Shown here: positions 1 to 13,749 of the stretch, piece by piece
How positions within the stretch are numbered: the stretch's first letter is position 1
Layout: every line of letters begins with the position of its first letter
From: Octopus vulgaris
Taxonomy: Eukaryota
Direction: 5' to 3'
NCBI GenBank assembly: GCA_951406725.2
Contig: OX597828.1
Span: 54,994,001-55,058,000 of the forward strand
Length of the DNA: 64,000 nt
The notes under the pieces: generated by a model
What the model was told of the DNA's origin: nothing
Databases searched by the model: none
The model's input: the letters and a program-made list of their open reading frames with translations, nothing else
Made by a program: the position numbers and the translations under genes

Positions 1-782
1 TGTTTTAGTCATTAGACTGTTGGCATGCTGGGACCTTGAAGTATTTTAGTTGAATGAATAGACTCAAATACTTACTTTTTTAAAGTACTGGTACTTATTC
101 TATCAGTATCTTTTGCTGAACCTCTAAGTTATGGGGACATGAACACATCACCATCTGTTGTCAAAGGATGGTGGAGACAAACACAAAGACACACACACAC
201 ACATATGCATATATATTTATATATATACTGGCACTTGTGCCCGTGCTAGTAGGGTGCCAAGAGCACCATCCGAGCGTGATCGTTGCCAGAGCAGCCAACT
301 GGCATCCGTGCCAGTGGCACGTAAAAGGGCACCATTCGAGCGTGATCGTTACCAAAGTCGCCTTACTGGCGGCATGTGTAAAAGGATTCAAGCGAGGTCG
401 TTGCCAGTACCGCCTGACTGGCCCTGTGCCGGTGGCACGTAAAAAGCACCCAGTACACTCTCTGGGTGGTTGGCGTTAGGAAGGGCATCCAGCTGTAGAA
501 ATTCTGCCAAATCAAGATTGGAACCTGGTGCAACCATCTGGTTCGCCATCTCTCAGTCAAAATCGTCCTACCCATGCTAGCATGGAAAGCGTACGTTAAA
601 CAATGATGATGATATATATATATATATATATATATGAAAGGCTTCTTTCAGTTTCTGTCTTCTAGATCCACTCAAATCTCAATGCTTTAATAGAAGACAC
701 TTGCTCAAGATGCCATGCAGTGGGACTGAACCTGAGAGGATGTGGTTCGAAAACAAGCCTCTTACTGCACAGCCATACCTGC
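1..782 (-). mobile_element. tRNA-derived SINE family A, interrupted in its internal (TA)n by another element
   Basis: 1-225 and 637-782 are the reverse complement of the two halves of the element seen intact at 42242-42660 and 54226-54695. Confidence 0.85.
228..613 (+). mobile_element. 5'-truncated SINE/retroposon with about 65-bp internal tandem units and a (GAT)n tail, nested in SINE A
   Basis: Repeated gcaccat.cgagcgtgatcgtt and gtgcc.gtggcacgtaaaa units; ends cgttaaacaatgatgatgat; lies between the two halves of SINE A. Confidence 0.7.
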
Positions 783-839
783 ATCTGTGTGTGTGTGTGT
801 CTGTTTGTCTGCATGTATCCATATTTTCTTTATTTCCAG

Positions 840-952
840 ATCACTGCCCAGCTAAGGACCGACCAACATGCTGGTTTAGGGATGGACTGCCAGGCATCAA
901 TCAGCACTTCACAGAAATACAAAAACTGGATGAATGCCAGAATCCGTTTTGA
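840..952 (+). CDS. Probable last coding exon of an unidentified upstream gene (xHCPAKDRPTCWFRDGLPGINQHFTEIQKLDECQNPF*)
   Basis: Polypyrimidine tract and acceptor ttttctttatttccAG (838-839), open non-repetitive frame, TGA at 950-952, AATAAA at 1049 and 1103. Confidence 0.65.
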
Positions 953-1207
953 AAGGATCGAGAAAGGGAAAAAGGGGGACAAACTGGACACAAAACTCTC
1001 CAAGTCCCATAAAATGTGGGTCCAGGGAAAAACATTAGAACCATCTTGAATAAAGTTTTTAAAAAAATTTAAATTTCATAACAAAAAACAAAACAAAAAA
1101 GAAATAAAAGACTTTTTTTATATCTATTTTGGTTGATTGTTCTTGAAATATAGCAGTCTATTCAAAACTCAAGGATACACACCATTTATATATATATATA
1201 TGTAGTC

Positions 1208-1433
1208 AATCCAAGGTTGTTTATGGAAGACCAGAAGTCGCCCATGCATACCAGCCTCCCTTCTCCATGCCACCAGTGTTATCCAAGAGAAAGGCAAAGG
1301 GGCTGATTCAGCTTGGCACCAGTGATGTCGCAACTCATTTCTACAGCTGAGTTAACTGAAGCAACGCAGCTCGGTCCGGGATTTGAGCCCACAACCTCAC
1401 GATCGTAAGCTCGATGCTCTAACCACTGAGTCA
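1208..1433 (-). mobile_element. tRNA-headed SINE family C
   Basis: Minus strand begins with A/B-box-like head (cagtggttagagcatcg...gggctcaaatccc); second copy at 44443-44775. Confidence 0.8.
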
Positions 1434-1527
1434 TATATATATATGGAGTGAAAGAGAAAGAAAAAGAGAATAAATTTAAATTAATCAACTTCTTTAAGCT
1501 GCACTTAAGCTACTAAATACTCTTCCC

Positions 1528-1755
1528 TTGGGTGAAACCCTCATGGCACCAAACACCGCTAGGGACCTTGGAGTATCTGTCATCAGCAACTTAAGCAGGA
1601 ATGCCAACATAAACAACAAAGTAGATGTGGTCCGCAAGGCGTGCTCCGGGATCCTCAGGGCTTTTCGGCCCGGTGACGTTCCTACCACTATCCTTCTCTT
1701 CTCCATTTTCGTCCGTCCTCTCCTTGAATACTGTTGTCCGCTGTGGTCTTTCTAC
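1528..1755 (+). pseudogene. CR1/L2-group LINE ORF2 fragment (post-RT region)
   Basis: RDLGV...ILRAF...LFSIFVRPLLEYCCPLWS motif. Confidence 0.85.
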
Positions 1756-3199
1756 ATGAAAACAAATATAAAAATACAAAAACGAAACACACACACACAC
1801 ACATACATTGAAGAGAAACCGAATGACCTGTGCTTTTTGAAAGACATCCCTTACAATACTTATTCAATATAGAGCTATAGATACTCCCTTGTAATTCTGC
1901 TTTTGAGAAGCACTGAACTAGTGACTAACTCGTTTTATACATGTATGTGTATATGTACATGGATGTGTATGTAAGGATATATATCGATATGTATGTGTGT
2001 GTGTGTGCGTGTGTATAAGTATGTATGTATGTACATAAATTTTACGGGCCAATGCAAATATCTATTGCCTTGCAATATGAGAAGCGTTCGAAATAATTTT
2101 ACTGCATTGTCCGTCACGCTGATTAAAAGGGGATGCGTTCGGATCTCACCGAGAGGGTTCCTTTGAAAAATAAATTGCAGCCTTCACCCAATGTTGGTGC
2201 AACCAGTAATAAGCTTGCAATTTGTTCTGGGAGATGTGGAGTGGGAGCACAAAGGGTGCATGTCCTGGGGCACCGAAGCAAGTCCAGAGGAGACCGCTTT
2301 GATTCTATGCGGGACGTTCATGTAAAGAGAAGGGCAGAGCTTCAATTGGTCAGCGCCCAGTTGTCTGCAATGTGCAAGGATAACTCACAAAAATTCTGAG
2401 TCCAGTGCAATTTACAGGATAAAGTGGAAGCTGTGGCGAATGATAGGATATAAAAAAAAGTTATGCAGACACTATTGTATTCAAATTTAGAGACCTTCCT
2501 GAACAAAAACGAGGACATCGAAACGGTGTTAAGATTGTTTTGTTCGGGAGGTTCTTTTTCGGTTCTATAATGTTGTGGACGAAATCAGCTCGGTGCGGTG
2601 TCAGATAGTAAGAAAATTCTTGGTTTAAGCCATCTGAGCAAAGAATGGAGCTTATGAAGTTTGGCTTGGAAACAAGTCACTGCCTTTGTATATGCGGTAC
2701 ATTGAGGCACGAAAAGTTGCAGAAAAAATAGTAAAAACTTCTAAAGCAAATTCATTGGAGAACATTGGGATCAAGCCGGGCTCTGACTTTAAATCGGCTG
2801 GTAAAATATTAAGGCAGACCATCCGATGACTTCGAAACAAATAACTTTCTTCCACTGCTACCGTTAAAAACTCAGTTAAGATTCTTCACTTTACATAGAA
2901 GAGTACTCTTGAGAGTTATATTTTTGAGGTGAGGAATTATGTACGTTATTTACGGGTAGGTGTCCTCACCTTGTTTGTTGTTATCACAACTTTTCGAATC
3001 CAACACTTATGTATGTTGCTGATGTTATTTTTCTGCAAATATTTTTTTTCAAGTCCCCGACTGGAATTGAGCTTAGAATCTGAGGGTTAATAACCTGCAC
3101 TCTTATCCATTACGATATATGCCCATTGGCAGTTATGGAGTGAATTTTAGTCCATTATATTCTTGGAGATGGAAAGAATACATCTGTTACATCTGGGGG

Positions 3200-4510
3200 T
3201 GAATACTAACCTCGCAGAGGCTGAAGTCATTGAGAGTAACAAGGCAACTGGAGAGGATGAAATTTGACCTGAGATGTTAAAAGCCTTAAATAAAGAAGGC
3301 ATTCTTTGGTGTATACCATGAAAAGATATAAAGGCAATGATAATCCTGATTTTTATGAAAAGTAGACAAGAGTGAGTGCTCTAATTATAGCATCTCAGGT
3401 AAAGTCTTTGATAAGATATAGGGAAATTACCGAGTCCGAGCTTACAGAATAACAGTGTGATTTCTGTCTTGGACGCAGCACAACCGACCAGATATTCACT
3501 CTATGGTAGTTATTCAATAAATCTTGGAAATAATGTATATGATTGCGTTCCACAGTATATTCTGTGGAAAGTTTTGCAGAAGTTTGGAATTAATGCACAA
3601 CTTTTGACTATTTTGAATACAATGTTTGAATTCGGTTAATTGATGCTAAGTCTAAAACTTGAGTAGGGGTACGTATAGTCAGCTCTTCTTTTCATAACTT
3701 TTATGAACTGGATTGACATGCACAACCGTTGTGAAAGTGATGTCTCAATCGATGGATATAGCATTGGTTGGCAGATATTTGCAGACGATATGGTGCTAGT
3801 TGGCTCATCAGAAAGTAATCTTCAGCATGCAACCAATGGGTTCATTGCCGAGTGCTGCAATGCAGGGACAAGAATAAGTTTAACGAAGACTGAGACATTA
3901 GTCCGCTTAAGAAAATTTTCCCAGTGCGCTGAGGAAAGTAGAGAAGGTGAAGCATTGGACGTATTCACAAATGATAGAAAACTGAAGGCTGAATTGGATG
4001 CTGGAACTGCAAGTGTTGGCATAGTAACGCACCAGTTCCAGCATTCGATCCTTACAAGATGAAAAGCTGATAAAAAACGCCAAATATGTTATCTTCAGTT
4101 CGGTTTTCGTGTCTATCCTCGCCTATGGTCATAAATAATTGGTAATGACCGAAAGAGTACGATCGCGAACAGAAGAGACTGGAATGGGGTTCCTCTGACG
4201 TGTCTCCGGAGTAACATTACTCTGGTGCGTAGTTCTGAGATCAGAGAGTCTCTCCAGGTGGAACCGCTACTTGAGGTATGTGATTAGGGTACGCAGGAAA
4301 AGATCGCAAGACGGATTCTTCAAGCCATGCCAATTAGCAGGAGATCTAGGAGCAAAGCATGAACGAGATGGTAAGAATATATCCACAGTCTCAGTTGGTG
4401 ATGCTTGGCGATCCAGAAGGAAAGCATAATTGCTTCTGATAGGGTCTTATGGAAGAGGTATCTGAAGATTTCATCCCCACGATATTTCCAGAATTCGTGG
4501 GCGGAGAATA
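3200..4510 (+). pseudogene. Decayed RTE-clade (Rex3/Expander-like) LINE, RT and C-terminal region
   Basis: KATGEDEI*PEMLKAL, IFADDMVLVGSSESNLQHA, VRSSEIRESLQVEPLL, with stops and frameshifts. Confidence 0.85.
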
Positions 4511-5004
4511 TTAACGGACATGTATGTGTAAGCGCGCACGCGTGTGTGGGTGTATGTGTGTGTAAGAATGTAACTGTGTACTCGTGTCTGTGTGTGTCCT
4601 ACACTACGACAAATACGATGAATAAAAACAACACCGTAAACAAATTAACGATGATATCTCTTTGTGGTGCTTTGGTCTACTCGAAATAAAGACTGTTTTT
4701 TGGGGGTAATCTTGACCTTAACCTGGATTATTGCTGCCGTTTGCTGCGTAATTGAAATCTGTCAGTTGATCAACAAATTCTATGACAGAGGTGTGATACT
4801 CCCCTAAGGAAAGGAAACAAAACAAAACAAAATAGAAAGTAAGAGAGAGAGAGAGAGATGGCGATAGATAGTGTGAGGGAAAGATAGGGAGTGGGTAAGA
4901 AAGCTAGATAAGACGGGGGGAAGATGTTGAATTACATACAGGTGATGGAATTCGTAAACATGGTCTTGAATTTCGAGTGTAGAGTACAAAACAACAAGCT
5001 CACC

Positions 5005-5036
<32 letters not shown>

Positions 5037-5199
5037 TACTCCCGCAGTAACAATACTCTCCAATACACTTATGTATAAAAGTGCACAAATAAAGAGCCCC
5101 TCCTAAATTCCACCCACCACCAAAACCAGCGACAGTAGCAACAACAACAGCATCAGTAATTCGTACTCACACGTCAATAAAGGAGTATTGACGTCATCA

Positions 5200-5440
5200 T
5201 CTGATCTGTCAGAAAACAATAAGCCATATCACTCCCAATTTATTATTCCTTATTTTCTTGAAAAACAAAACAAACAAACAAATATAAAAATGAAAAAAAA
5301 AGGCTCATTAGATAATGTAGTCCCAAGATACCCTTAAAAAAGGACGGGATAGTCACGGCTGAAATGTCTTTGATTAAAGGTCTGCTTGATTAGGTTCGAT
5401 CTGGGTCTATGCAATAACAAGAACAACAACAACGACAACA
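5200..5440 (+). mobile_element. Old SINE-like family D, 3' part ending in (CAA)n
   Basis: Related segments at about 12090-12270, 15130-15300, 36235-36570, 42020-42180, 43915-44100, and on the minus strand about 12880-12950 and 14320-14430. Confidence 0.6.
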
Positions 5441-5442
5441 AA

Positions 5443-5507
<65 letters not shown>

Positions 5508-5508
5508 T
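5443..5508. repeat. (CTA)n microsatellite
   Basis: Direct reading. Confidence 0.95.
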
Positions 5509-5676
5509 ATTTGTTGTGTTACTTATCAAGTGAAAGGTCATTTTTTTCTTTTTTAAATGATGTCACGAGGAATGTTTGGGTTGTTTGTAAACACGTGGAT
5601 CTGAAGAGATTGAGTGACCACCAAGCATACTACAGGTCTGAAAATTGATACAAACATACATACATACATACATACA

Positions 5677-5720
<44 letters not shown>

Positions 5721-5789
5721 GAGAGAAAGAGAAAATAGAACTAAATGGCATACTACCAGGTTATACCCAAATTTAAGATTTTATATATT

Positions 5790-6630
<841 letters not shown>

Positions 6631-6699
6631 AAAAAGAAGGAGTTACAAGAAGTTAGAAGAAAAAATAACAAGAGACAAATATATCTATATATATATACA

Positions 6700-6933
6700 C
6701 AGTAGTCCCTCGTCTATCGCGGGTGTTACGTTCAAAACCTACCACAGAAATAATTTAAATCTAAAAATATATAAATACCTATCGGTCGCAGAAACCCGGA
6801 TATATTGAGGAGTCCGCGATATATATTTACATATGTTATCCAGAATAATCCGCGATGTAATGAGTGCGCGATAGGTGAACCGCGATGTTCTGCGTGCACG
6901 ATAGGTGAACCGCGATATGGCGAGGGATTACTG
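6700..6933. mobile_element. Tigger/pogo-type MITE
   Basis: TIRs CAGTAGTCCCTCGTCTATCGCGG / CCGCGATATGGCGAGGGATTACTG, TA on the right flank, internal gataggtgaaccgcgat repeats. Confidence 0.85.
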
Positions 6934-7191
6934 TATATATTAGAGAGAGAGAGAGAGAGAGGAGAAGAACAAGAAGAAGAAGTTAGAAAACAAAAAATAA
7001 CAAGGAAGCAAATGTTATATGTAGCTAAAGTAGGAAAGACAAGAAAAAGAGAGGAGCCTGTTTCTATTTTCTATGGAACCCAAAACAATGTATTTTTTTT
7101 AGTTACGGTTTTTTGTGTCTTTTAGTATCTTCACCTTCCTATAAATAAATAAGTTTGTAGTCTCCTCAATGGGAGCTAAGAGAGATTAACA

Positions 7192-7385
7192 AGGGCGGTG
7201 GAATGACTGACAGAATCAATGGAGCGTCGGACAAAATACGTAACGGTATTTAGTTCTAGCCCTTTGCTTTCTGTGTTCAAACCCCTTTCATTCCTATGGG
7301 ATCGATAAAATAAAGTACCTGTCATATTATAGCGGTATCACTGGTGTCGACTTATCTCCTCCTCTCAAAATTACTGGCCTTAGGA
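7192..7385 (+). mobile_element. Diverged SINE family B
   Basis: Matches the family B head and body (cagaatc...gcgtcggacaaaat...gatcgataaaataaagtacc). Confidence 0.7.
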
Positions 7386-7389
7386 CTTT

Positions 7390-8485
7390 ATTAGGGAAGA
7401 ATTTACTGAGGTCGTCTATTACTGCCCGACCGTCGTAGCTTGCTCCAGTTCACGTTTGATGAGACTGGGGAGTCTGCTTGTTTGATTTTGTAGAACGGAC
7501 GCATTTGCTGTGGATACCTGCTGCGTGAAGAACTGGGCATACACAGGCAAGAGCTGAGATGGCTAAAGCTCCAGTATTTTCTTGACGGCAGACAGATGTG
7601 GCTGCCTGTTTATCAGACACATTTTCCTCCAGATCATCTTTTTCACAGAGCTGCAGTCTTGGGTCAAGCGAATATCAGAATAAGGCGCTTGACATCTAAA
7701 ATGTCAAGCACTCACCGACCGCTTAACGAGTAGGAAATGCCGTAAATGGAGATCCCACGTTGGATAAGTGGCGAGCAAAAGTGGCAATGCTCTTGGGGGA
7801 AAACCTAGATGTCGATGTTTCAGAGGACTTTCGGGTGAGGTCTAGTCGGGTTACCGAGGAGCAATGCCGGTTCAAAATAAGCTAAGCAGACACGAAAATG
7901 CTATTAGCCTGGCCTATTCGAGATGAGCAGAGTGCGACGAAGCTGCTCTACACACACGCATCCAATGCTCAACTATTACTGTCTATATATAGAACGGATC
8001 TGGCTTTCGGCTGAATTCATGAAGATTGTTCTGTAACAATCCTTTGAACAGATAATTTTTTTATCTGTTTGGTGGCCAAGCGAAAGAGTTTGCGTAATGG
8101 ATGTGACTTAAAGGACTAAAGACAGACACCTTCCTTGGCAAACCCTCACCAACTTTTTCAAGCTTCCCTTTAAAGAAAAATTGAACGGGAAGAGGAAAGT
8201 GCTGCCTTCCAGCAATTTACTCATAAAGTGGATGAGAGGGCAAGCAAGGTCCGAGCAAATGAGTCTGTTCTGAACATGCGCCTGCAGGTCGGAGGAGAGA
8301 AGGGAGAGGATGTTTGCTTGAGTGCCTTCAAGAGTAGCCTTGGGAGGTCTCACTCTTTTGGGTAGTTTTTCTTTGAATTGTATTTTTTTGTTTTTCTTTT
8401 GGTTATTCCCGCTGTTTAATCCTGCTCTATGTAATCCAATACCGTCCTCGATTCTTATGTCGGTCCTTGAGATTAATAAAGAAAA
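7390..8485 (+). pseudogene. Decayed L1/Tx1-like LINE, ORF2 C-terminus plus 3'UTR
   Basis: LQYFLDGRQMW, ELQSWVKR, DEAALH..IQC zinc-knuckle remnant, LKGLKTDTFL; AATAAA near 8474; many stops. Confidence 0.55.
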
Positions 8486-9047
8486 CATTGTTGAGTGAGG
8501 GAGAGCATCGCATACCATCAAAGTGACACTGGAGTACAAATATACAAAGCCCAATATATCCATCATGACTACCTGTCTGATAAGGGTACACTAGGTACAT
8601 ACATCACAGCCATATGTGCACGGCATGGTGATCTCATATCAAGATAAAGAGCGCATGACCCTGTAGATGGGGCCCAGTTAGAATTTTCCTTAAGTCGAGT
8701 AGCCCATCCCGCTCAAAATATCCCTGATTATGGTTTGTTTAAGGATGATGAATGAAACACCCATGTTTCCAGGAGTGAATTATTCAAAATCCCAAAGAAT
8801 CTCTCAATGTATAGGTATGGTGCTCCTTCACTACTACAGCTCATGATTAGAGCTGCACATATCGTCAGCCACTAAGGGACATGCTCAATTGGTTAAGGTC
8901 AAGCAACTCACAGCAAATCTGTGGTGTTGAGCAGAATATTTGCAGCAGCCCGTCTTTTACACCTTGAGAAAACATGTTCATGATAACACTTCCAATCAGT
9001 TAAGATCAGAAGCCGTGAGAGTCAGTATCTGGTTTTGCATCAGAGCA

Positions 9048-9051
9048 TCAA

Positions 9052-9098
<47 letters not shown>

Positions 9099-9120
9099 CC
9101 ACCACCACCATCACCATCAC

Positions 9121-9188
<68 letters not shown>

Positions 9189-9247
9189 CCACCACCACCA
9201 CCACCACCATCCCCATCACCATCATCATCATCATCATCATCATCATT
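9048..9247. repeat. (CAT)n/(CAC)n compound microsatellite
   Basis: Direct reading. Confidence 0.95.
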
Positions 9248-10132
9248 GATGCCGCTCTAATTGATTGATTGCTTTCTCAACGAATGTCTGTATCGGAGCT
9301 CCAAGAAAAATAATTATTATTCAAATTACCTTATGGAAAAAAAAAAGCAAGTTTATCTTTTCTTGTCGCAGTCTTGTGAACAGAAGGATTTTAGATTGTT
9401 CATCCTTTGACATATTTTAATCGCCGGTATATTTTTTTTGACAAACAGGCACTAGATTGTTATTCATGGTTTTAAAATAGTCTTAGGAGAAGGAGGAGAT
9501 TTCAGCATAGTAGTGGTAGCAGTGCCTCAATAACGAAAACAAACACTCCCCCAAATTATTTTCAAATACGAAAATAGATTTGGAAAAGAAAAAAAAAACA
9601 ACCTCAGACAAAGTAATCACTGAAACAGTTTTAACCTTAGTCACTTGCATAACAAAAATAAAGTTTTGGAAACATGAATTCGAAGAGAAGGAAGACAAAG
9701 TGCGAAACAGTGACGCACCACTTCCACTACCACAACCACCACTAACAACTACACCAACAGCAACAAGTGAAGGCGCAATGGCCCAATGGTTAGGGCAGCG
9801 GATTCGCGGTCGTAAGAATGCGATTTCGATTCCGAGAATCGAATTAAATGGGGAGATAAACTCAAGTATCAGGAATTCTTCGAATGTTGTAAGCTATTAA
9901 GAAAAAAACAAAACAAAACAAAAATCAAACACACGAAAAAGAAAGCAATTTTTTTGATTTTTGACGATGAGAGGGCAGCTGTGGAAACGTGCTATTGCGT
10001 CCACAGATATCGTATGCATAGCAAGTGTCCTGTCTTATCTCCAGCAGACGTGAAACTAAAACATAACCGAAAAAGAGTAATTATATATATATATCTATAT
10101 ATTGATAGAAATGGTAAGACAACAAAAGAATG

Positions 10133-10265
10133 AAATCCACTCACAAGGCTTTGGTCGGCTCGAGGCTATAGAAGAAGACACTTGCCCAAGGTGCCACGCA
10201 GTGGGACTGAGCCCGGAACCATGTGGTTGGTAAGCCAGCTACTTACCACACAATCACTCCTGCGT
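10133..10265 (-). mobile_element. SINE family A, 5' half
   Basis: Reverse complement of the family A head. Confidence 0.85.
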
Positions 10266-10309
<44 letters not shown>

Positions 10310-10313
<4 letters not shown>

Positions 10314-10860
10314 TGGGTTCCACGGGACTATCACTCAGACGTAGATGCACACTGAATCGACAACAGATTGCATTCCCAGAATACAGAATGATACCCTTTA
10401 GTGAACACATTGAGAAATGCGCAAAGCAACTACTACCACAATTTTTAATCTTTCCATTTTACCAATGTGCTATCGGAACACCAACACAAATTAGACTGAA
10501 CAAGGAAACATTCTTCATTAAAAAGTACAAGCCCAGACTTAACCATTCCAACATACTTATACAGAGAAATTCACTCCAAAGGAAAGGCAAAAAATTTTAA
10601 GCGATTATCTCCCTTACACCGGAAGAAATAACTTATTACCTCCCCTTATATGGAACTCTTCTCAACATAAACATAACGATAACTCTACTCAACGTAAACA
10701 TAACGATGTAAGAAATTTGAAAAGCTGAACGCGAAACCGGTCATTTCTTCTAAATTATGTCATTATAAGAAAAAAATTTATAACATTCTTCAGACATATT
10801 GACTCAAATATATATTTTTTAACCTTTTAAAACAAGCCTTCTGTAGTTTTTTCACTTTTT
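10310..10860 (+). mobile_element. Penelope-like element 3' fragment: GIY-YIG endonuclease C-terminal half plus pLTR with a degenerate hammerhead (10710-10749)
   Basis: GSTGLSLRRR...RQQI..PEYR..PFSEHI..C...FLIFPFY...R..KE.FFIKKYKPRLN; AAGAAAT-TTGAAAA-GC..GC-GAAAC-CG-GTC-ATTTCTT; flanked by (TA)n. Confidence 0.8.
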
Positions 10861-10864
10861 ACTA

Positions 10865-10909
<45 letters not shown>

Positions 10910-11044
10910 CAAAAAATTAGATTTAGATGAATATGGTACTTAAGTTAAAGGCACCAGAATTTGGTATGGTATTATCCATATAAATCAAATGGGGTGATTA
11001 TAATGAAAATAAGTAACAAGGTTATCCAAAGGAAGTGGATACAA

Positions 11045-11631
11045 ATGGAAAATTTGTAGCAACTTTTCTATTTCGTGGATGGCCCCAGTCCGCTGATTTG
11101 TCATAACTGTAGATCGCATGGGTATTGAACCTTTCACAGCTTCACGAATCCTTTCTTTATCCTTCCAAACTGTCGAAACAGTAGAGAGAGAGAGAGAAAT
11201 TCAGTTCACGTGCGATTTCATTCACTTTCTTTCCTCCTTCTCGCTGTCTAATCACCTTCATTTTTGTGCCGAGGTCGATGACCTTACTTCGCTTCTTGGC
11301 GGTTTGAGGAGCAGATGAATACAATTTCCTCTTTCTAGACATTTTAGAGGATATTTTTTGAAAAAAAAAAAAAAAAAAAAATCAAAGAGAGGACACACAG
11401 GGTCACCAGAAGAGTCGCGCTCCATCGAGCTTGGCGTTAGTAAAAAATTTCGGAGACTCAAGCAGTCGTCTTATAAATTAGTACGAGATTGCTTCGATGT
11501 CTCCGCGACAGGACATTCATTCAGCGTTTGGGATATCCACAGTGGCGGTCAGTAACCAAAACTAGGGTAAGCGGTTGTTAGCTGACGCCAATCGTCGTAA
11601 AGTCGATCGGTCGTAAGTCGACGATGCCCTG
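11045..11631 (-). mobile_element. Tigger/pogo transposon 5' fragment (CENP-B-type HTH), frameshifted
   Basis: MSRKRK...KRSKVIDLGTKMKVIRQREGGKKVNEIARELN; TIR CAGGGCATCGTCGACTTACGAC at 11631. Confidence 0.85.
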
Positions 11632-11762
11632 TGTGTATATATATATATATACATATATACAGAAATGCATACTTTATATATATATATATATATGACTATT
11701 ATATATATATATATGTGTATATATATATATATATATACACACATATATACATAAATGCATAC

Positions 11763-11799
<37 letters not shown>

Positions 11800-11817
11800 G
11801 ACTATTATATATATATA

Positions 11818-11876
<59 letters not shown>

Positions 11877-12527
11877 TGTATGTATATATAGTGAGTGAGA
11901 GAGAGAGAGAGAGTGAGAGAGAGATGTTTGTATCTTTCGCTGATATCAGTGAAGGGTATACATATTGGCGAAAACCGGGTGTTACAGGTGCTCCCGTGCT
12001 TCTGCTGCGGTTAAAAACAGTGGACTTGAGACTTGACCCGTAACCACCGACGCTATTGGATAGGGAAATAAATAAGAAATATATAAATAATTATCGTCCC
12101 CAAATTACACTGTAGCAGTGTTGAAAAACGGTAAGGCACATCGAACTATGAAGTCTTAGATACACGTAGATAAACAATGCCTGGAATATATTTTGATCAT
12201 AGAGCTATGCTGGGTCAAGAATAACCTATGACAAAGCAACAACAACAGCAGTAACAACAACGATAGCAGCAAAATGTTAAAAGATGATTTGCCGACTGTA
12301 AACACCAGCAACAGAATAATAAATTTAAAAAAAAAAAGAGAAGGAAAGAAAAGAAAAAGAAAGATCCTTAACAAAGACACATTTGCAAAATTTGAAGTTT
12401 TACGCCATCACGAAGTCTACAGACAGTCATATCGTCTGAAACAATTGCAAAGCCGCTGACCTCAAACGAATATAATACAACAAAACAAGAACAACAGCAA
12501 CAATAACAACGTTAGTTTCATTTCCAG

Positions 12528-12777
12528 AGTCTGCAGATGTTCACTGCACCTCCAAAACATGCAAGTGCAGACGATTTCATGTGAAAAACATCGACTTCAT
12601 GTGCAAAATATTTACAGCTTGCTACGTTATTTTGCCTACCGGAAGTCAGTTATTTGATACTCACAGTATCAAAATACTCTCAGTGTCATCTCTAAGAATG
12701 CAGACAATAAGAAAACTGGAGGACACTGACCTTAGTAGAGCTTGCTGCAACTGTAGACTGCACGGGTGCATAGAGAA
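12528..12777 (+). other. Candidate internal exon (250 bp) with one open Cys-rich frame
   Basis: Acceptor tttcatttccAG (12526-27), donor GTAAGC (12778), stop-free frame SADVHCTSKTCKC...CCNCRLHGCIE; no recognisable domain. Confidence 0.3.
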
Positions 12778-13181
12778 GTAAGCGTCGAAAACGCTGTGTG
12801 TCCACAAATATCCCGAAGTTAAAATAATTTCGTTTGATGCGACGCAGAGTCCAGTTTACTTTTGCAGAGGAACCAGTGGTTGTTGGTGTTGTTTAGCACA
12901 GGGAGACTTCGATGCAGCAGATCTACAATCAAAGACATTCCAGTCTGTTGCTACCACAGTGGTTTTTGATCCTCGGAGTTGACTGATTTTGTGCTACCAC
13001 CACTCAGGTACGGCCAAATCACTCCCTACCCACATTATCTCTGTCCTCTTTCTTTCATCAGCCATATTGTGTCTAGATCCACGTCTTACACTAACCTCTA
13101 CGCCATTCCTTCTCAAAAGTGCTAAAATTCTAGAATTCTCTCGTTTTTCCTTCAACCGTTGAGACAGACATTAAATGCGAT

Positions 13182-13360
13182 GATCTTATTGGTTACAAAG
13201 AGGCTCGTGGGCGCCGTTAACCACGACAATCTTATTGGCTTACAAAGGGTAACATTAGCACCGTTAACGGCAACTATCTTATTGATTACAAAACGGCTGG
13301 TGAGTACCATAAAGTACAACGATCACTTTAGTTACAGAGGGGCCGATGGTAGCCATATAC
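13182..13360. repeat. Degenerate about 46-bp minisatellite, about 4 units
   Basis: Recurrent atcttattg(g)ttacaaa every 46-47 bp. Confidence 0.75.
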
Positions 13361-13749
13361 TAAACAAAGCAACAACCAAGATGTCATATAGTATGTGTTG
13401 TCGTTTACTTTGTTAGTCGATTCCAAGCAAGAAAATATGGTTGAAATTCCAAACCAATGTTCTTAGTTATGTTAGCACTTAAAGGTAAAACGAGAGTAAT
13501 ACACTCGCAAAGATTTACTGTATCTGTAGCGACTGTAGGTGATTTTAGCCTCGAAATGTATTACCTCTGACACAACCCTGCAGAAGTTGTGATCGTCTTT
13601 TATTCCCACATAGGACATCTTGGAATACAGGATTCAACGTGTCTTATCTTCTTGTATGTCGAGTAAGATTTTAGGGAACTATGAGGGTAAATGTAGCAGA
13701 TCAAGCAACATCCAGTCCAGAGTCGTGTGTTTCTGTTGTTGTATAACGT

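Noticed and set aside
2050-2880. Coding-like minus-strand sequence, possibly an old L1/Tx1 LINE
   Set aside because: No diagnostic motif could be recovered confidently.
8561-9048. Complex segment resembling an RTE 5'UTR, possibly with an HDV-like ribozyme
   Set aside because: Single copy in the window, and I could not build the nested double pseudoknot by eye.
9770-9840. tRNA-like sequence, also at the other SINE heads
   Set aside because: It matches the SINE E head and has no complete cloverleaf, so it is not a tRNA gene.
13182-13360. Repeat-spacer-like array suggestive of CRISPR
   Set aside because: The spacers are homologous to each other, the repeats are degenerate, there are no cas genes, and the context is eukaryotic; it is a minisatellite.
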